Source: Asterias rubens (lineage: Eukaryota). From it: a stretch of DNA of 64,000 bases. Location: contig NC_047065.1 of the NCBI RefSeq assembly GCF_902459465.1, positions 5,084,001 through 5,148,000 on the forward strand, written 5' to 3'. Both the position numbers and the translations under genes were made by a program. Below, one piece after another: positions 1 to 12,712 of this stretch. A model generated the notes under the pieces. The model was not told the origin of the DNA. It saw only the letters and a program-made list of their open reading frames with translations, and ran no database searches. Every line of letters starts with the position of its first letter. Position 1 is the first letter of the stretch.

Positions 1-1663
1 AGAAAATCGTATCACGTACTTGAACGATTTTTGTTGAATCTCTTCAAAGGAAAGAGTAGGCATATACTATAATTATACAACATACTTTGAAACACCTTGT
101 GAAGGTCTGAAAATGAAGGAAAGCGATAAATATACGTACTTAAACCTTTCGAAGGTCTGAATAACGAAGGAAAAAACAAAAAATGTTAAAGCTCTGCACG
201 GAGGGGACCCTATACCTACGTGAACCTACGAGTGACAGACATTCTCCCGACAGTTCGAAACGTTGAAACCCATCTCATCACTGATTCTTCTGAAAACCAC
301 CATTTCTTGCGCTTGGTTGACACAGATGACATTATTATGATCATTATAGAAACACAGTTTATCTGAACTTGTTACATGATATCAACATATAGATCTCTTG
401 GTGGTATTAATGCATCACCAAAACAGCGGAGATACCAATGTCATAGCCGAATTTCGATGGCATGATTATTACGATTTTATATATGGTATAATTATTTGTT
501 GTGAGAAGTGTCAACTTTCTGATCTAATAGACGGGAGAACCGATACGGAAAAAACGGAGCTCTAGTTATCTTAATTGTGAAGTCTTTATAGACCAGGCAA
601 GACAAACTACAAAACTCAAGACTCTTCAAATTCACTGCAAAGTATAAATTAGCCACCGAGCATACAACTGCACTAAGTCAAATACCTGGGCAAGGTTATT
701 CACTTTGACCAATAATTATAAGCACGAATGACGAATTAATTTTATAGTGCGATTGATTAAAAATGTTACCTGATAATGTGGTCAGTATAATGAATACAAA
801 TAGTATCGAGAAGCAGTTAATCAAAAACGGTTGATTAAACCTTCCTAATAGATTCAGTGTTTCAGATGAATTGTGTGTTTTTTTTCATAACTGTGACAAT
901 TTTTTAGAGAAGATTCAAAGCTTTGACGTGGTGCTCTTTGTGGTGAGTTAATCGGAAAGGGGTTCAACTCTGTGCCGGTTTAACTTCACGCAATTTGTTA
1001 TTGTTTTTTTGTTTTAACTCTAATACACTGAGCTTTCACTGAGCAATGGGGCATATACGTCACACTCCATCACGCCCAGCCCGCCCTACAAAACAGACAA
1101 CCCCTCCCGTCCCCAAAGTCCCCCCCCCCCGAGGTCACTAAATACAATCCTCTTTGTTATATCATGGAGGTATTTTGAGCATACATTACACACTCGGTGG
1201 GATTCGAGTAAATTATATCTGTGAGTTTTTTTCCCCGCAGAACTTGGAGAAAGTTATACTGACAGTGCTTTGTACACATCGCGATACATCGGTTTTGAGG
1301 ATCATATCCCCGATGCAAATTTAACACACATTTTAGCGCAAACCAATAAGTATATGCAGTATATTGTGTTATCGGATACCAGAGGCAAGACTACTTTAAG
1401 TTGACATTGTTGTGACTGGTGCCCAACTATTATATTTTGCTCAGCAACGAAATTTGTCAATCAGTATTTTCAGCTTTAAGAAATTAAATTTGGCCCTTGG
1501 TCCTTACCGTCTCCATTGACGACACTCGATGAATAATCAGATGAATACATGTCAACATTTTTGAAGAATATGGCAAGAAGAACCGTCACATATCCATGTC
1601 TAAATTTTAATCGAGGTGGGAACGTCCAACCATGAAGGAATCCCGCCAGAATCATGATGATAC

Positions 1664-2193
1664 AAATAGTACTATTATTTGGAGGAACTGTTCAAATTCC
1701 GTCACTGCGCTAGCCCATCTCAGACTGTTGCTTTCGTCTGTGTGTCATTTTCAATGCCGTTGCACTATAAAACGTCTTGTCATTGTCTTCCAAAGATTCG
1801 TCAAATTAGACACGTTGAACATGGAGAAAATATGGGTCAATGGCTAAAAATAGTACTATTATTTGGAGGAATGTTCAAATTCCTTCACTGCGCTAGCTCA
1901 TCTCAGGGTGTTGCGTGTGTCATTTTCAATGTCATTGCACGAAACGTCTTTTCATTGTCTTTCAAAGATTCGTAAAATTAGAAATGTTGAACATGGAGCA
2001 AAAATATGGGTCAATTGCTAAAAATAGCAGTATTTAATATTTGAATGTTCAAATTCCTTCACTGCGCTAGCTCATCTCAGAGTGTTGCTTTCGTCTGTGT
2101 GTCATCTCCAATGCCTATGCACATCCTGTCATTTATGTTCCCAAGACTCGTCAAATTACAAATGTTGAACATGGAGCTAAATATCGGCCAATG
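1664..2193. repeat. Tandem repeat, 3 diverged copies of a ~175-180 bp unit
   Basis: The unit aaatagtactattatttggagga...tgttcaaattcc(g/t)tcactgcgctag...gttgaacatggag...atatgggtcaat recurs at about 1664, 1846 and 2019. The ORF-track peptides here (FKFLHCASSSQ repeated) are by-products of the repeat. Confidence 0.9.
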
Positions 2194-3888
2194 TAGAAAG
2201 TTGCAACTCCATTATTCAGGTGAATTTCCTCCGTGTATGGTTAAGCTCTCGTACTTGGTGTTATTAACTGTGGCTGTGTCGAACCCATTGCAGTCACTCA
2301 AGCACGTTGGTAATAAACATTTGCTTCACACAGACGGAACACCTCATTCGTGTTACCTACTTATAAGTCGGTCACATTTTAGAGCACAAACAAAAACGTT
2401 TACTGATACAAAATTCAATTTTTAGTTTGTTCCGTCATAGCTCCATTATTCCATTAAATATCCATGAAATGTATCTTCAGTTGTTCAAACGAACGTTCAA
2501 ACAAATCATCCGTAGTAAACAAATTCGGCTAATGCATTTTGCTTTATTGATGTTTTCCATCTAGACCAACCGTACGTTGTGTTTTAACAATCATGGCCGA
2601 CGAGTTGTATACCGTTTCCAAGTTGTTTAGCGTCATGCTTGAATGGGTCTTTTGTCGTGGGGAATCCTTTCAGGTATCTACTTTTTGTAATGTGGATACC
2701 CGCCATAAGCTGGGTGTAGCCTTTTGTCAAGGGGTTAATAGAGCCTCTTTCCCAAGTGACTGGGTTCGCCACTCGACTCGCGCGCGTGTGGTCCAGTTGC
2801 GGCTTATTATGAAGGCCTTGACGAAAAGGCTATAAGCTAGGTCGATATCAGTCCGGCCCTTTGTAAACCCGTTGCGTCACCAAGCTGTACAAAGCTTTAT
2901 ATTGACTTTTGGTAAGGGATAAAATGGTGGCAACATACAGTGGCGGGACCACTGAATGAGCACAGCAGCCGGTTTCACGAAACGCTAGGATTAATACTAA
3001 CATACCGAAGACCAGTATTCTCACTCAATGGTGTATCCCGACATATGCATAAAATAACAAACCTGTGAAAATTTTGACTCAATTGGTCATCTAAGTTGAA
3101 AGAGAATAATGAAAGAAAAAAACACCCTTTTTTTAGTAATGTGTTTTGAGTAAGTACTAATAGTGTCCAGTTCCTTTAACCTCAAACAATTTAAGAGATG
3201 CAAGTTGCTACGGAAATGTTTATTATTTATATATTTGCTGTCTACAATTAGTAATGCACAAATTTGCATAATAATAATAATGTAGGCCTACACCATTTTA
3301 TAAAGCTCTTAAAATAAAGGGTGAAGAGACCACCAGAATTACGAGGGAGGGGAGGGGTTGGGGCTATAAAACACGGGGGGGGGGGCTTTTGAAGCAACAT
3401 GAGTAGCATCATCAATTTTCTTTAGTTGCCATACATTTTACCAATAAGTTCTTTCTTATTCTTAAAAAAAAAAGATACAAATTCAGAGTGAATAACGATA
3501 TCCAGTAATATATAGCCTGTATTGTAGAACTCAATGGGACATGTCTAAACTACAGTTGTGACAAGGTTGGGACGCGTCCGGACGGTGTCCCCCCCCCCCC
3601 CCTTCCCCCGGGATTTTGTGTGCCCCCCCCCCCCCCTCGCCACCCCCATATCACAAACTGTGTACAACCTTCTTCTGATAGCGCCCTCTTTTGAATCATC
3701 CTCCTCCAGCCCATATTTGTTTCCCATAAAAATTAATAGGGGACGAATCTACGGCGAACAGAATTCCCTGGGACAACGGAACACTCTGATCGTTTTCTTC
3801 GATCAGCATGCTTGCCTGATAATACAATAACGTATACAATACACCTACTGGTCTAAAAAGGCCCCGGGAGGTCCCTTCATCAGTTCCC

Positions 3889-4300
3889 GACTTCGATGTC
3901 GCTTCTGTGTTATTGGCAAATGTTTGATCAAGCACTCTGCAAGTCTAATGAACATGTTGAACAAAGTGTTATGCATAATTGCGTTAAAAAAAATCAACAA
4001 GACAGAAAATGGCGCACTCACGCGCTCCGTTTAAAACATCATCACCCATGTCAACCGTCGACAAGGGAATCATGATTTCTGACGTCACTGACTCCGATGT
4101 CGCTCCTGTGTATATGTATTCGTAAATGTTTGTTCAATCACTCTCTGTAAATCTAATATACATGTTGAACTAGTTTTATGCACAATATTTGCATTGCAAA
4201 AATCAACGAGACAGAAAATAATTGTAACGGCGCTCCGTTTATAACGTCATCATCCACATCAACCGTTGACAAGAAGGGACTCGTGATTTCTGACGTCACT
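3889..4300 (-). repeat. Tandem duplication (~205-210 bp, 2 copies) of the ALP C-terminal codons plus proximal 3' UTR
   Basis: Copy A 4090-4300 (coding [23 protein letters not shown]... and the stop) aligns with copy B 3889-4089 (would read VTSEIMIPLSTVDMGDDVLNGA...). tgacgtcact occurs at 4080 and 4291. Confidence 0.85.
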
Positions 4301-7300
4301 GGCTCCCCCTGTTCATCGGTAAGTGTAGCCTCACTACCAGTCGTAGTTGTCCCTCTCCGTGTGTGGCATTGGGTTGTGTAGTCTCCGATACAAGCCGCAT
4401 ATTGCATGACGTGCATGATGTAGTTCTGCTCGTGCACTGAGTGAAAGAGATGCGACATGGGGCCCTTGGCGAAGATGGCAACGTCGTCCCCGGCGTGCGT
4501 TTCGCTCAGCATGGGGACGAGGGACTGCCGGGTGTACTGTGGATCTTCTGTAGAAGTGGAACATGGAAACATGGCTCTTGAAAAATAAAGCAAGCTCAAA
4601 TAATTGAAGCTGTGGGCCAAATTTCATAGGGTTGCAATAAGCAAAGAATAGTGCTTTAAGCATTTTTCTGCTGGACAAAAATGAGCAGGATACCAGTCAC
4701 AATTGTGCATGTGAAATTTTTGTTTGACTCACTGGTAAGATTATTGTGCTAAGCATAATTTGTTTGTGCTTATCTACTTGTGTGTGCTTAAGCAGCTCTA
4801 TGAAATTTGGCCCTGGTGTTGCCAGCAGTAGAGTATGGGTTCGAATCCTGATCATGACACTTTGTGCCCTTGAGCAAGGCGCTTAATAACCATAATTGCT
4901 TCGTATATAAACTAAAGGTGGGAAGGTGGTGCATTCTGCTCTACCAGCAGCCAGGCTCCTGTAGTATAGTGGATGATACATCACAAACTTGCCTAAAATG
5001 GGGGTACTCGTCCTGTAATAAAGGGGGAAAACCTGTCCCTGGTGGTAGTTGGATTTTGTCAACAGCCCAAATCAGTTAAAGGCAGTGGACACTATTGGTA
5101 ATTACTCAAAATAATTATTAGCGTAAAACCTTTCTTTGTGACGAGTAATGGGGAGAGGTTGATGGTATAAAACATTGTGAGAAATGGCTCCCTCTGAAGT
5201 GCCATAGTTTTCAAGAATGAAGTAATTTTCCACGAAGTGGGTTTCGAGACCTCAAGTTTAGAACTTGAGGTCTCGAAATCAACTATCTAAACGCACACAA
5301 CTTCGTGTGACAAGGGTATTTTTTTTCTCATTATTATCTCGCAAGTTCGATGACCGATTGAGCTCAAATTTTCACAGGTTTGTTATTTTATGCATATGTT
5401 GAGATACACCAACTGTGAAGACTAGTCTTTGACAATTACCATTAGTGTCCACTGCCTTTAAGTGTAGCCATCACATTGAAGAACACGTCTGGCCTTGTGA
5501 TCTTAGGAGATATCTCATTTAAAAAAAAAAAAAATCAAGCACATAGTGAAATGTTTATTAAAAAACATACTATATATCCTTCAAGTTTCTAACGCTTAAT
5601 TCGAAAGTAAATGTAAAACGTATATAACCATTATTTGCAAACACGTCAATCAATTTGCGCGTCATGGCAACTCGTGTTATACAATCCGACTCGGCGGCTA
5701 TGGCTCACGGCTACGACTACTGCTGGACGTCTAATAAACCTACCAGTGTCATCAGATGTGATGTCAGGTCGTTTGCCCGTTTCAGAGAATGACGACGCCA
5801 AGAGGGCAGCAGTCGGGCCATTTGCGTAGCCAAGGGTTGTGTATGGGAGCTGGTCTAGTCCCAAGTCTTTGTCATTTATTCCTGAAAACAATTAATTTAA
5901 AAAAAGTCAATTTATAGGTAAGTATTGCCTACAGGATTTGAAACTTTGCATGGTGGGAGTATAAACTATGCGGTAACACCATCTGAATTATATATTTCTG
6001 AGTAGTGTCGGTTCTAGATAGATAGATAGATAGATAAAAGGTTTATTGACAATAGCCATCACAGCATAAAAACTGAATTTCAACTATGATACAATATTTT
6101 AAAAAGATTAAAAGGACATCATTAAGAGAACAACAATTAATATACAAAAAATGTTTTATATAAAATACACAAGCAAAAAGGGGAATAAAATTAAACAGCA
6201 ACCACACACCTTTGGCAAAACACACACCACACCAGCACACACAAAAAGGAACACAAACGCATGTACACACTTGGACTAAACAAAAACAGCATTTAACAAG
6301 AACTCTGCAACACAAACAAGACCAAAAGAGCTTTATAAAACGGAGAAGAACCGGTAGTTATAAAGACTCAACGATCAGTATGCTCTTTCTCCTCCTGAAG
6401 ACAATCAGAGCACACTGATCAGACGTCTATCTATTGGTTTAATGGTTAATATAGTGAGTAGGGTAGATGGCTTTAGCTTTCGATCCAAACCGGACCTTCT
6501 TCAGAGGCAGGAAGATATTATTGGTAAATATATATATAGATACTTTAATAAAGGGCCTATATAGCATGACAAGTTCTCAAAAGAACAAGAACATAAAACT
6601 TGCTGAGCACAGAAAAGTATTGCTATTCAAACAGAAACAATTTACCAGGACTGTTTTTGCATATTATAGCAAAGACATTTGTCAAGCTGCGTTTTCTGCT
6701 AAACAGCTTTATGAAATTAAGCTCTGGTGGAGGCATCAGGTTTCTCACCTAGGATCGGATTTCCTCTGCTTGGGTAGCCGGCCATGTACATCGTGTGACT
6801 GTGATCAGATGTGACAATAATCAGTGTGTCCTGGTCGTCTGTCATCTCAATGGCCTTAGCGACAGCTTGTTCCAGGGCTAGGGATTCTGACAGGGCGAGA
6901 CCTGCGCGGGTTGTGTGATGCGCCATGTCAATTCTGCCACCTGCATGGCAACAAAATAAGTCACTTTTAAAACAAATGCGGGAAATTTTGCAGTGGTTTG
7001 CATGGTGTTCTTAATTACGGGTGGGCATAAAACCCCGCTGTATTTTCAGCAATATATTTCAAAAACGGCAGTCCAACTTTGGAAACTTTATGTTTGTATG
7101 TAATTGTTTTCAATCTAATGTAAAAGGTCTAAATGAATCCCATGATCGGGGATAATAATGTAAATTTATACGAATTGAACACGGGTTAATGTTATTGTAT
7201 AATACAAAATAAAGGGTTTGGGTACCTTTGGTAAGAAAATTTAAAAAACGAGAAAAAAAAAACGACCACAGATCTAACCTAAACAATGGTAGAAAGCTTC

Positions 7301-10300
7301 CCTTCAGAAATTACTTGACAAAGAGTTAAACAATAGAAACTGCACACAAATTATTTCAGCATGTGCAATGGATTTACGGTGCGTCTGTCCTAAAAACATT
7401 GCTCTGTGAGTTTCACCTTTTTTTATCAAAAACTTGACGACTAATGCAGCTGTGGGTAAGTTTGTTTTACAGACATCTTCACTTAAAGTGTTGGGATTCA
7501 TGTCCTGGACTAAACTTTGATCTACAAAAGGTACTAAAACCTCTTTAATGGGAAGGTACACGTTTGGTAATTGTCAAAGACCAATCTTCTCACTCGGTGT
7601 ATCCCAACATAAGCATAAAATAACAAACCTAGTGAAAAGTTTAGCTAAATTGGTCATCGAAGTTGCGAGAAAATGATGAGAGAAAAAACACCCTTGTTTG
7701 ACGAGCTTGTGTGCTTTCAGATAAGAATAAAAGACTTCTGGCTCAAAGTCTTTTAATATTTTAGTGAGGAATAACCTCTTTCTCAAAATCTATGCTACTT
7801 CAGAGGGAGCCGTTTCTCACAATGTTTATACCATCAACCTCTCCCCATTACTCGTTACCAAGTCATGTTTGTTTTAAGTAATTACCAAACGTGTATCTTC
7901 CCTTTCATTAAGCCCACTTATTTACCCTCTACAAGAAGGAAGAATCTGTCTTTCTTCCTCCGCAGTAAATTGATTGCCTTCTCAGTCATCTCAATAATGC
8001 TCGGTTCACCTTCAGGACCAGCATCTCTTAGCGCCTCGTAGTTCATGTGTTCGTAGTTAAAGAGCCCTGTAATCATAAAGTGGGATGACATTTCAAGTTT
8101 ATAACCTTTGAAAACAAAATCTACCTTACGATCATCAACATTGTCATCACACAACTGTCTCGCCAATGTTGGGCAACTTGGAGTCAATTGTCATTTTGTT
8201 CTCTGCAAGGTCCTCCATGGTGCAGGTGTTATATGCAGCAAGCCACACTGGACTTTTGACGTCACACTTCGAGGCCCGTGATCTTGCTGATATAAACGGC
8301 GACCAGGATAGCCACAGTCTGGGGTCCCTTGTCCGCACTCACAGTCTGCAACAGCTTCGGAGTACCCCCACTTCTGCATGTTCCTTTTCCTTTTTTCCAC
8401 GTCTGGGCGCAGTTTGTTAACTTAAGACTGCGCCATGTGAATAACTTAAAATGTACACACATAAATAAGTTCGTCGTGTGCCACCAGTAGGGCGGATGGC
8501 TCGGGCTACGCTATTCTTTAAGGCACAAAGTTGTCTTCCTTTGTCAGTAGCAGAATATTACCGGCTGCTTATCGTGTTGTGGGAGGTCCACCAACACCTC
8601 GGAAGTGCGGCTATGGTAGACTGGTCCCCTGTCTTTATCCGCAATTCAACTGAAGCGAAGTATTCGTTGCGAATTTGTGACGTCGAAGTTCGAATCGCAT
8701 TCACAGGAAGTATGAACCGGGCTTTGAATACTCACCGAGTATGTAGTCCGTACTGTTGGGATCGATGTTGTCGAACTGTTCCTTGTTCCAGACAAAGTCA
8801 GCCCTTCCAAGCTTAGCCCTGGCTAGCCGCCACTCGTCTATAAGATTACGACCGTCTTGTCTGATGCCTCTAAGAAGTGGATTTCCTCCGTAGTCTGTTT
8901 TGGACGTCGGCATGAAGCTTGATCGTCCTCCTCCCATAGCAACCTTTTCTCAAAAAGAAAGAGATAGAGGTGAGTAATACATTTTGTTCTTTAGAGGACT
9001 GTCAATGTCTTGCCTTACCGCGGAGTAGATTTTCGTAATTCGGGGTGACTTCCTGTCCTGCTTTTTAACCATTACCTGGGCACAAAATATAGCAAAGGAA
9101 GTCCACTGAGTCTACAACACAGAGCCATGTTGGTGTGGATGAGCTTTCGGGGTGTCCTTGTGGGGTATTTTACACAATGGAATACTGGACCCCGTTAATA
9201 TTTTAACAACATTAGCAGGACCCAATGGATCCGATTGGCTGAGTTTGTGAGGGCACACCAATTTCCAGAGTACTGTAAAGAGGACTGAAAGGGTAAAAAC
9301 ATTTTATAAAACAATTAATGGATGTGTAGGTCTACCACGTAACGGCCATAAGAATGTCCAGGGCCAAATTTTATAAAGCTGTTCAGCAGAAAATACTGCT
9401 TGACAAATCTCTTTGCTAAGCAAAATTTGAAACGGGCACCAGCCACAGCATGGAGCAACAGCAATGCAAACTTCAGGTAATTTGGGGTGGTATCCTGATT
9501 TTGATAAGCATACTTTTCTGTGTTTAGCGAGTTTTTGAGCTCAGGAGGGGATATCAACAACGAAGCAAACATAATACTCTTCTTACATCGATTTCGAAGT
9601 TTTCAAGAAACTGCAGTGCGATGTCTTTGCATCCAAAGGGCTTCTGTGCTTCGGGTATATCTAGATCTGATTGCCAATCTCTGCTTGGTGAGTTCGCATA
9701 GGCTGCAGCGGGTGTGGCGTGGGTAAGTCTTGTATTAGTGACTACACCAACGGCGAATCCTATAGCGAAAATCATGAGAGACCTATATTAAAGGCACTGG
9801 ATGGACACTATTGGTAATTACAAAGAATAATTGTTAACATTATCAACTTACTTGGTAACAAGCAGTGGGAAGCTGTTGATATGATAAAACATTGCGAGAA
9901 ACGGCTCCTTCTGAAGTAACATACAGGTTTTTTTTTTTTCGAAAAGGGTAATTTCACACTCAAATATTCATTAGAGAGGACCCCGATAGAAAAACTGATA
10001 TATTTGCGTTTTGGGGGTTACTCTTTTAATTTTCTGCAGTATTTCTATTTTGTGTTCTATTTTGGTCTATCTTGTTTCACTGTATTTTCTCATGTTGTTG
10101 TGTATGTATTTTTGGCATGTTCTTGCTGTACCTTTATCTAAATAAATTGAACAAATCAGTCAATATTATAACAGACTTCAGAAAGCACACCAAGCTACAT
10201 CTGGGGGGGGGGGGGGCACACATAATTATAGTATATCATTTGAATGATAAATATATACTTGTTACATTTGACTACTTTTTTCTTTTACAGATTGAAAAAA

Positions 10301-11084
10301 AGTATTTTGACATTACCCGCTTCTTTAGCCATCTTCACAATTGAGGGCACTTCGTGGCCCTGGGCAGAGGCGCAATCGCCCCGTATGGCTCGATCATCGA
10401 GACCAACAAGGCCTCGTTTCGTCTTGACACCAGCGAGGAAGGCTGTAGCAGTGCCTGCTGAGTCGGGAACCTGGTAATCTGTGTTGTATGTCTATTACAA
10501 GTGCATACGATAAAATGAGAGTCAGATGTACATTATGCATCTTATGTCGATATATAGGCATCCACTGCAAACAAAAATCACATACCGAGAGAGAATGAAA
10601 ATTAACATCAAAGGGTGTCAAAAAACACCATTGTATTTGTGTTGGCAGTGTTATTTTAACACCGGCACGGTGTAAATTTTGGTAAGACGACACATAACGT
10701 AGAAGTGTCGCGGCCGAGCGGTTAAAGGCACCGAATTCAAACTCTGGTGTTTCTGATAAACAGAGTGTGGGTTCGAATCCCCAGCCGTGACACTTGTGCA
10801 TGCTTTGTCCATCGGTTGGGGATGGGACGTTAAGCCGTTGGTCCAATGTGTTGTGTAACGCATGTAAAAAATAACAGTACACTTATCGAAAATAGAAGGG
10901 GTTCGCCCCGCTAATCCTGGCTGTGGCTGCTGTATGCACCGTAGCACCTTGTAAACCCTTATGAGGTGCTAAATGATATGGTCTCAGCATTCATCACTGC
11001 AATAACCTATATTTCTGAAAGTTTGTATATACTCAGCGCCTTGAGTACCTTGTTTTGTAGATACGTGCGCTTATATTATAAGAC

Positions 11085-11123
<39 letters not shown>

Positions 11124-12712
11124 ATACCTGGGTTTTGCAGGTTTTTATTATGTAGTTTATTGCATTTGGCGTTCTAACGATTCATTACCCTCGTATTGGA
11201 TATACAAATGCAATTCCATCATCCAAAAGGATTTGAAAACAAAGTCCATTCGCACCCTTAACTACCGTATGTAGACAGCATTTTAACAAAAGCGTAGGCC
11301 TATGATATAATAATAACACTTTTCATTCTACCTTTGAAAGAGCCACATGTGGGAATTCCTCATAGACTAGCGTTGACTCTTCCCCAGTCTTCCCCTCTCT
11401 CTGACCCTTGTATATCCTGGTACTCGTCACCGTTGGTATGCTCATCCCGTCCCCTAAGAACAGAATGACATTCTGTGCGATGTTCTCATTGTGTTGTGAT
11501 GCGGCATTCAGTGCTTTCTGTAACGTCTCCCTCGCCTGTTGGTTCCAATAGTCTGGCTCTGCATTTCAAATGACAATCACGGTACGTTTTGTCAGAGTGA
11601 CGTCAGGACGTCAGGACGTCCATTAGGTAAATTTGCACTAACACCTGGTGAAAGTTATTTAACAACTGACACCTGTGGCTTGAATGGATATAACTATATG
11701 ATTGCTATTTTCCAGAAACAAATTGCATTTATGGAAGCGTCGTGTGGTCGAGCGGTTAAGAGCACGACTCGCGCACTGATGTACTCTGATCAGCAAAGTA
11801 TGGGTTCGAGTCCCGGTCGTGACACTATTGTCCTTTAGCAATCGTCCTTCGGATGGGACGTAAAGCTGTGGGTCCCGTGTGTTGTTATAAAAACTGTTGG
11901 TCATCAACGCTCGTAGAATACTTCAGTATACACCCCCACCCTATCTCAAAGAGAATGGGTTCCCCCCGGTGTGTCTGGCAGTGCGACTATCTTCAATTAT
12001 GAAAGGTAGAAAGGAAGGAAAGCAAGCTAACTCCTTCCCCCTTCTTTATGTGGAGAGCCATACGCAACTTCATAGCCACACCCCCAACCGCCAACCATAC
12101 AAAATAGTATATGCTTTCGAGATAACTTGGTCGTCGACGGGCGTAATAAAATGAATTCAGACCGTCAAAACAACAGTTGAATACTGTTAAGTCACCTATT
12201 CATTTCGCAAAATGAATCTCAATGTATGGGAACCTATGCCTTAAACATGTATGTCCCGTCGCCCCTATATCATCCCTTCCCCTTGACTGAGGCGACCAGA
12301 CTACAGACATCGGTGCACCTTGGTGTGCACAGTCAGTGTCACACCCAAATGATCTGTTGCACCCACCAGTCACACTACACTTTTACGATTACATATCGAG
12401 GTATGGTACAGGATTTGTATTTGAAACACAACAGTGAAATAAATGAAGCACAATTATTTATTGCACTACCAAACAGAGACGCTGGTAACAGGTTGCTATC
12501 ACGATCATAACACATGAAATCAACTTAGTACTGAGAATACGGTGCTTTTAAACACATCGGTGTAATGCTAAAAAAAAAACCTTAATGTTATTCGTGATCC
12601 CTTGATGCAAAACTATTAAAGGAAAACAACATGTTACACCAATACCTTGTCCTGCACTCAGCATAGCTACCATCAACAACACAGAAACTATAATGCACAC
12701 TGCAGTCGCCAT
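4153..12712 (-). CDS. ALPL: Alkaline phosphatase (ALPL/TNAP-like, GPI-anchored), 9 exons, 571 aa
   Basis: Exons (minus): 12712-12646, 11558-11332, 10491-10317, 9759-9587, 8943-8736, 8066-7926, 6940-6749, 5881-5744, 4547-4153. All introns are GT-AG, phases are consistent, and the total is 1716 nt. Signal peptide [22 protein letters not shown]; motifs [19 protein letters not shown] (catalytic Ser), [30 protein letters not shown]; hydrophobic C-terminal GPI-type tail. The symbol denotes the family; vertebrate paralog orthology is unresolved. Confidence 0.95.
4614..4813. mobile_element. MITE with GGGCCCAATTTCATAGAGCTG-type TIRs (possibly PIF/Harbinger-like), family copy
   Basis: Starts gggccaaatttcatagg and ends cagctctatgaaatttggccc. 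The same termini occur at 17439-17677, 41370-41548 and 43725-43968, with partial copies near 9359, 50710, 55640-55830 and 57000-57144. The superfamily assignment is tentative. Confidence 0.7.
5080..5457. mobile_element. TTAA-flanked non-autonomous DNA transposon (Kolobok-like MITE, family 1)
   Basis: ttaa|aggcagtggacactattggtaat ... attaccattagtgtccactgcct|ttaa. TIRs are ~23 bp, the TSD is TTAA and the termini are AG...CT, the Kolobok hallmark (piggyBac starts CC). Length is 378 bp with no ORF. Confidence 0.85.
5929..6427. mobile_element. Hammerhead-motif element (copy A), split by a LINE-like 3' tail inserted at ~6016-6339
   Basis: The left part gatttgaaactttgcatggtgg...gcggtaacaccat matches copy B. 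The right part has ctcCTGAAGAcAATCAGagcacaCTGATCagacgtc (6392-6427) with a decayed GAAA. The insert is a minus-strand A-rich tail ending aataaacctttt(atct)n. Confidence 0.7.
7549..7905. mobile_element. Kolobok-like MITE family 1 (gggaaggtacacgtttggtaat TIR variant)
   Basis: ttaa tgggaaggtacacgtttggtaattgtc ... attaccaaacgtgtatcttccctt. The internal sequence is homologous to 5080-5457 in reverse orientation. Confidence 0.8.
8140..8450 (-). mobile_element. Decayed 3' end of a non-LTR retrotransposon (Vingi/Ingi-like) in ALP intron 5
   Basis: Frameshifted minus-strand peptides [10 protein letters not shown] / [21 protein letters not shown] / QTVAILV / CTMEDLAEN / AQHWRD resemble the C-terminal KWG..C.CG..QT..H..C..CT.EDLA zinc-finger end of I-group LINE ORFs. 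This was recognised from memory, with no search run. Confidence 0.55.
10701..11120 (+). mobile_element. Full-length tRNA-derived SINE with (TAT)n tail
   Basis: A-box-like gcggccgagcggtt (~10710), B-box gggttcgaatccc (~10769), a central body, and a (TAT)n tail at 11087-11120. Related copies lie at ~4825-5060, ~11738-11985, ~50915-51212 (minus) and ~62160-62290. Confidence 0.85.
11738..11985 (+). mobile_element. tRNA-derived SINE, 3'-truncated copy in ALP intron 1
   Basis: gtcgtgtggtcgagcggttaag...gggttcgagtcccggtcgtgacact...gatgggacgtaaagctg, homologous to 10701-10930. Confidence 0.8.

Noticed and set aside
220-332. Possible minus-strand first coding exon MSSVSTKRKKWWFSEESVMRWVSTFRTVGRMSVTRRF with donor GTAGGT
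   Set aside because: It is open and has a plausible donor, but I recognise no homology and any downstream exons would be outside the window.
1632-2425. ORF-track peptides of 71-126 aa with repeated FKFLHCASSSQ
   Set aside because: They are translations of the 3-copy tandem repeat; frames are not conserved between copies.
5080-5457. piggyBac assignment because of the TTAA TSD
   Set aside because: The termini are AG...CT rather than CC...GG, which fits Kolobok better; no transposase is present in the window to confirm.
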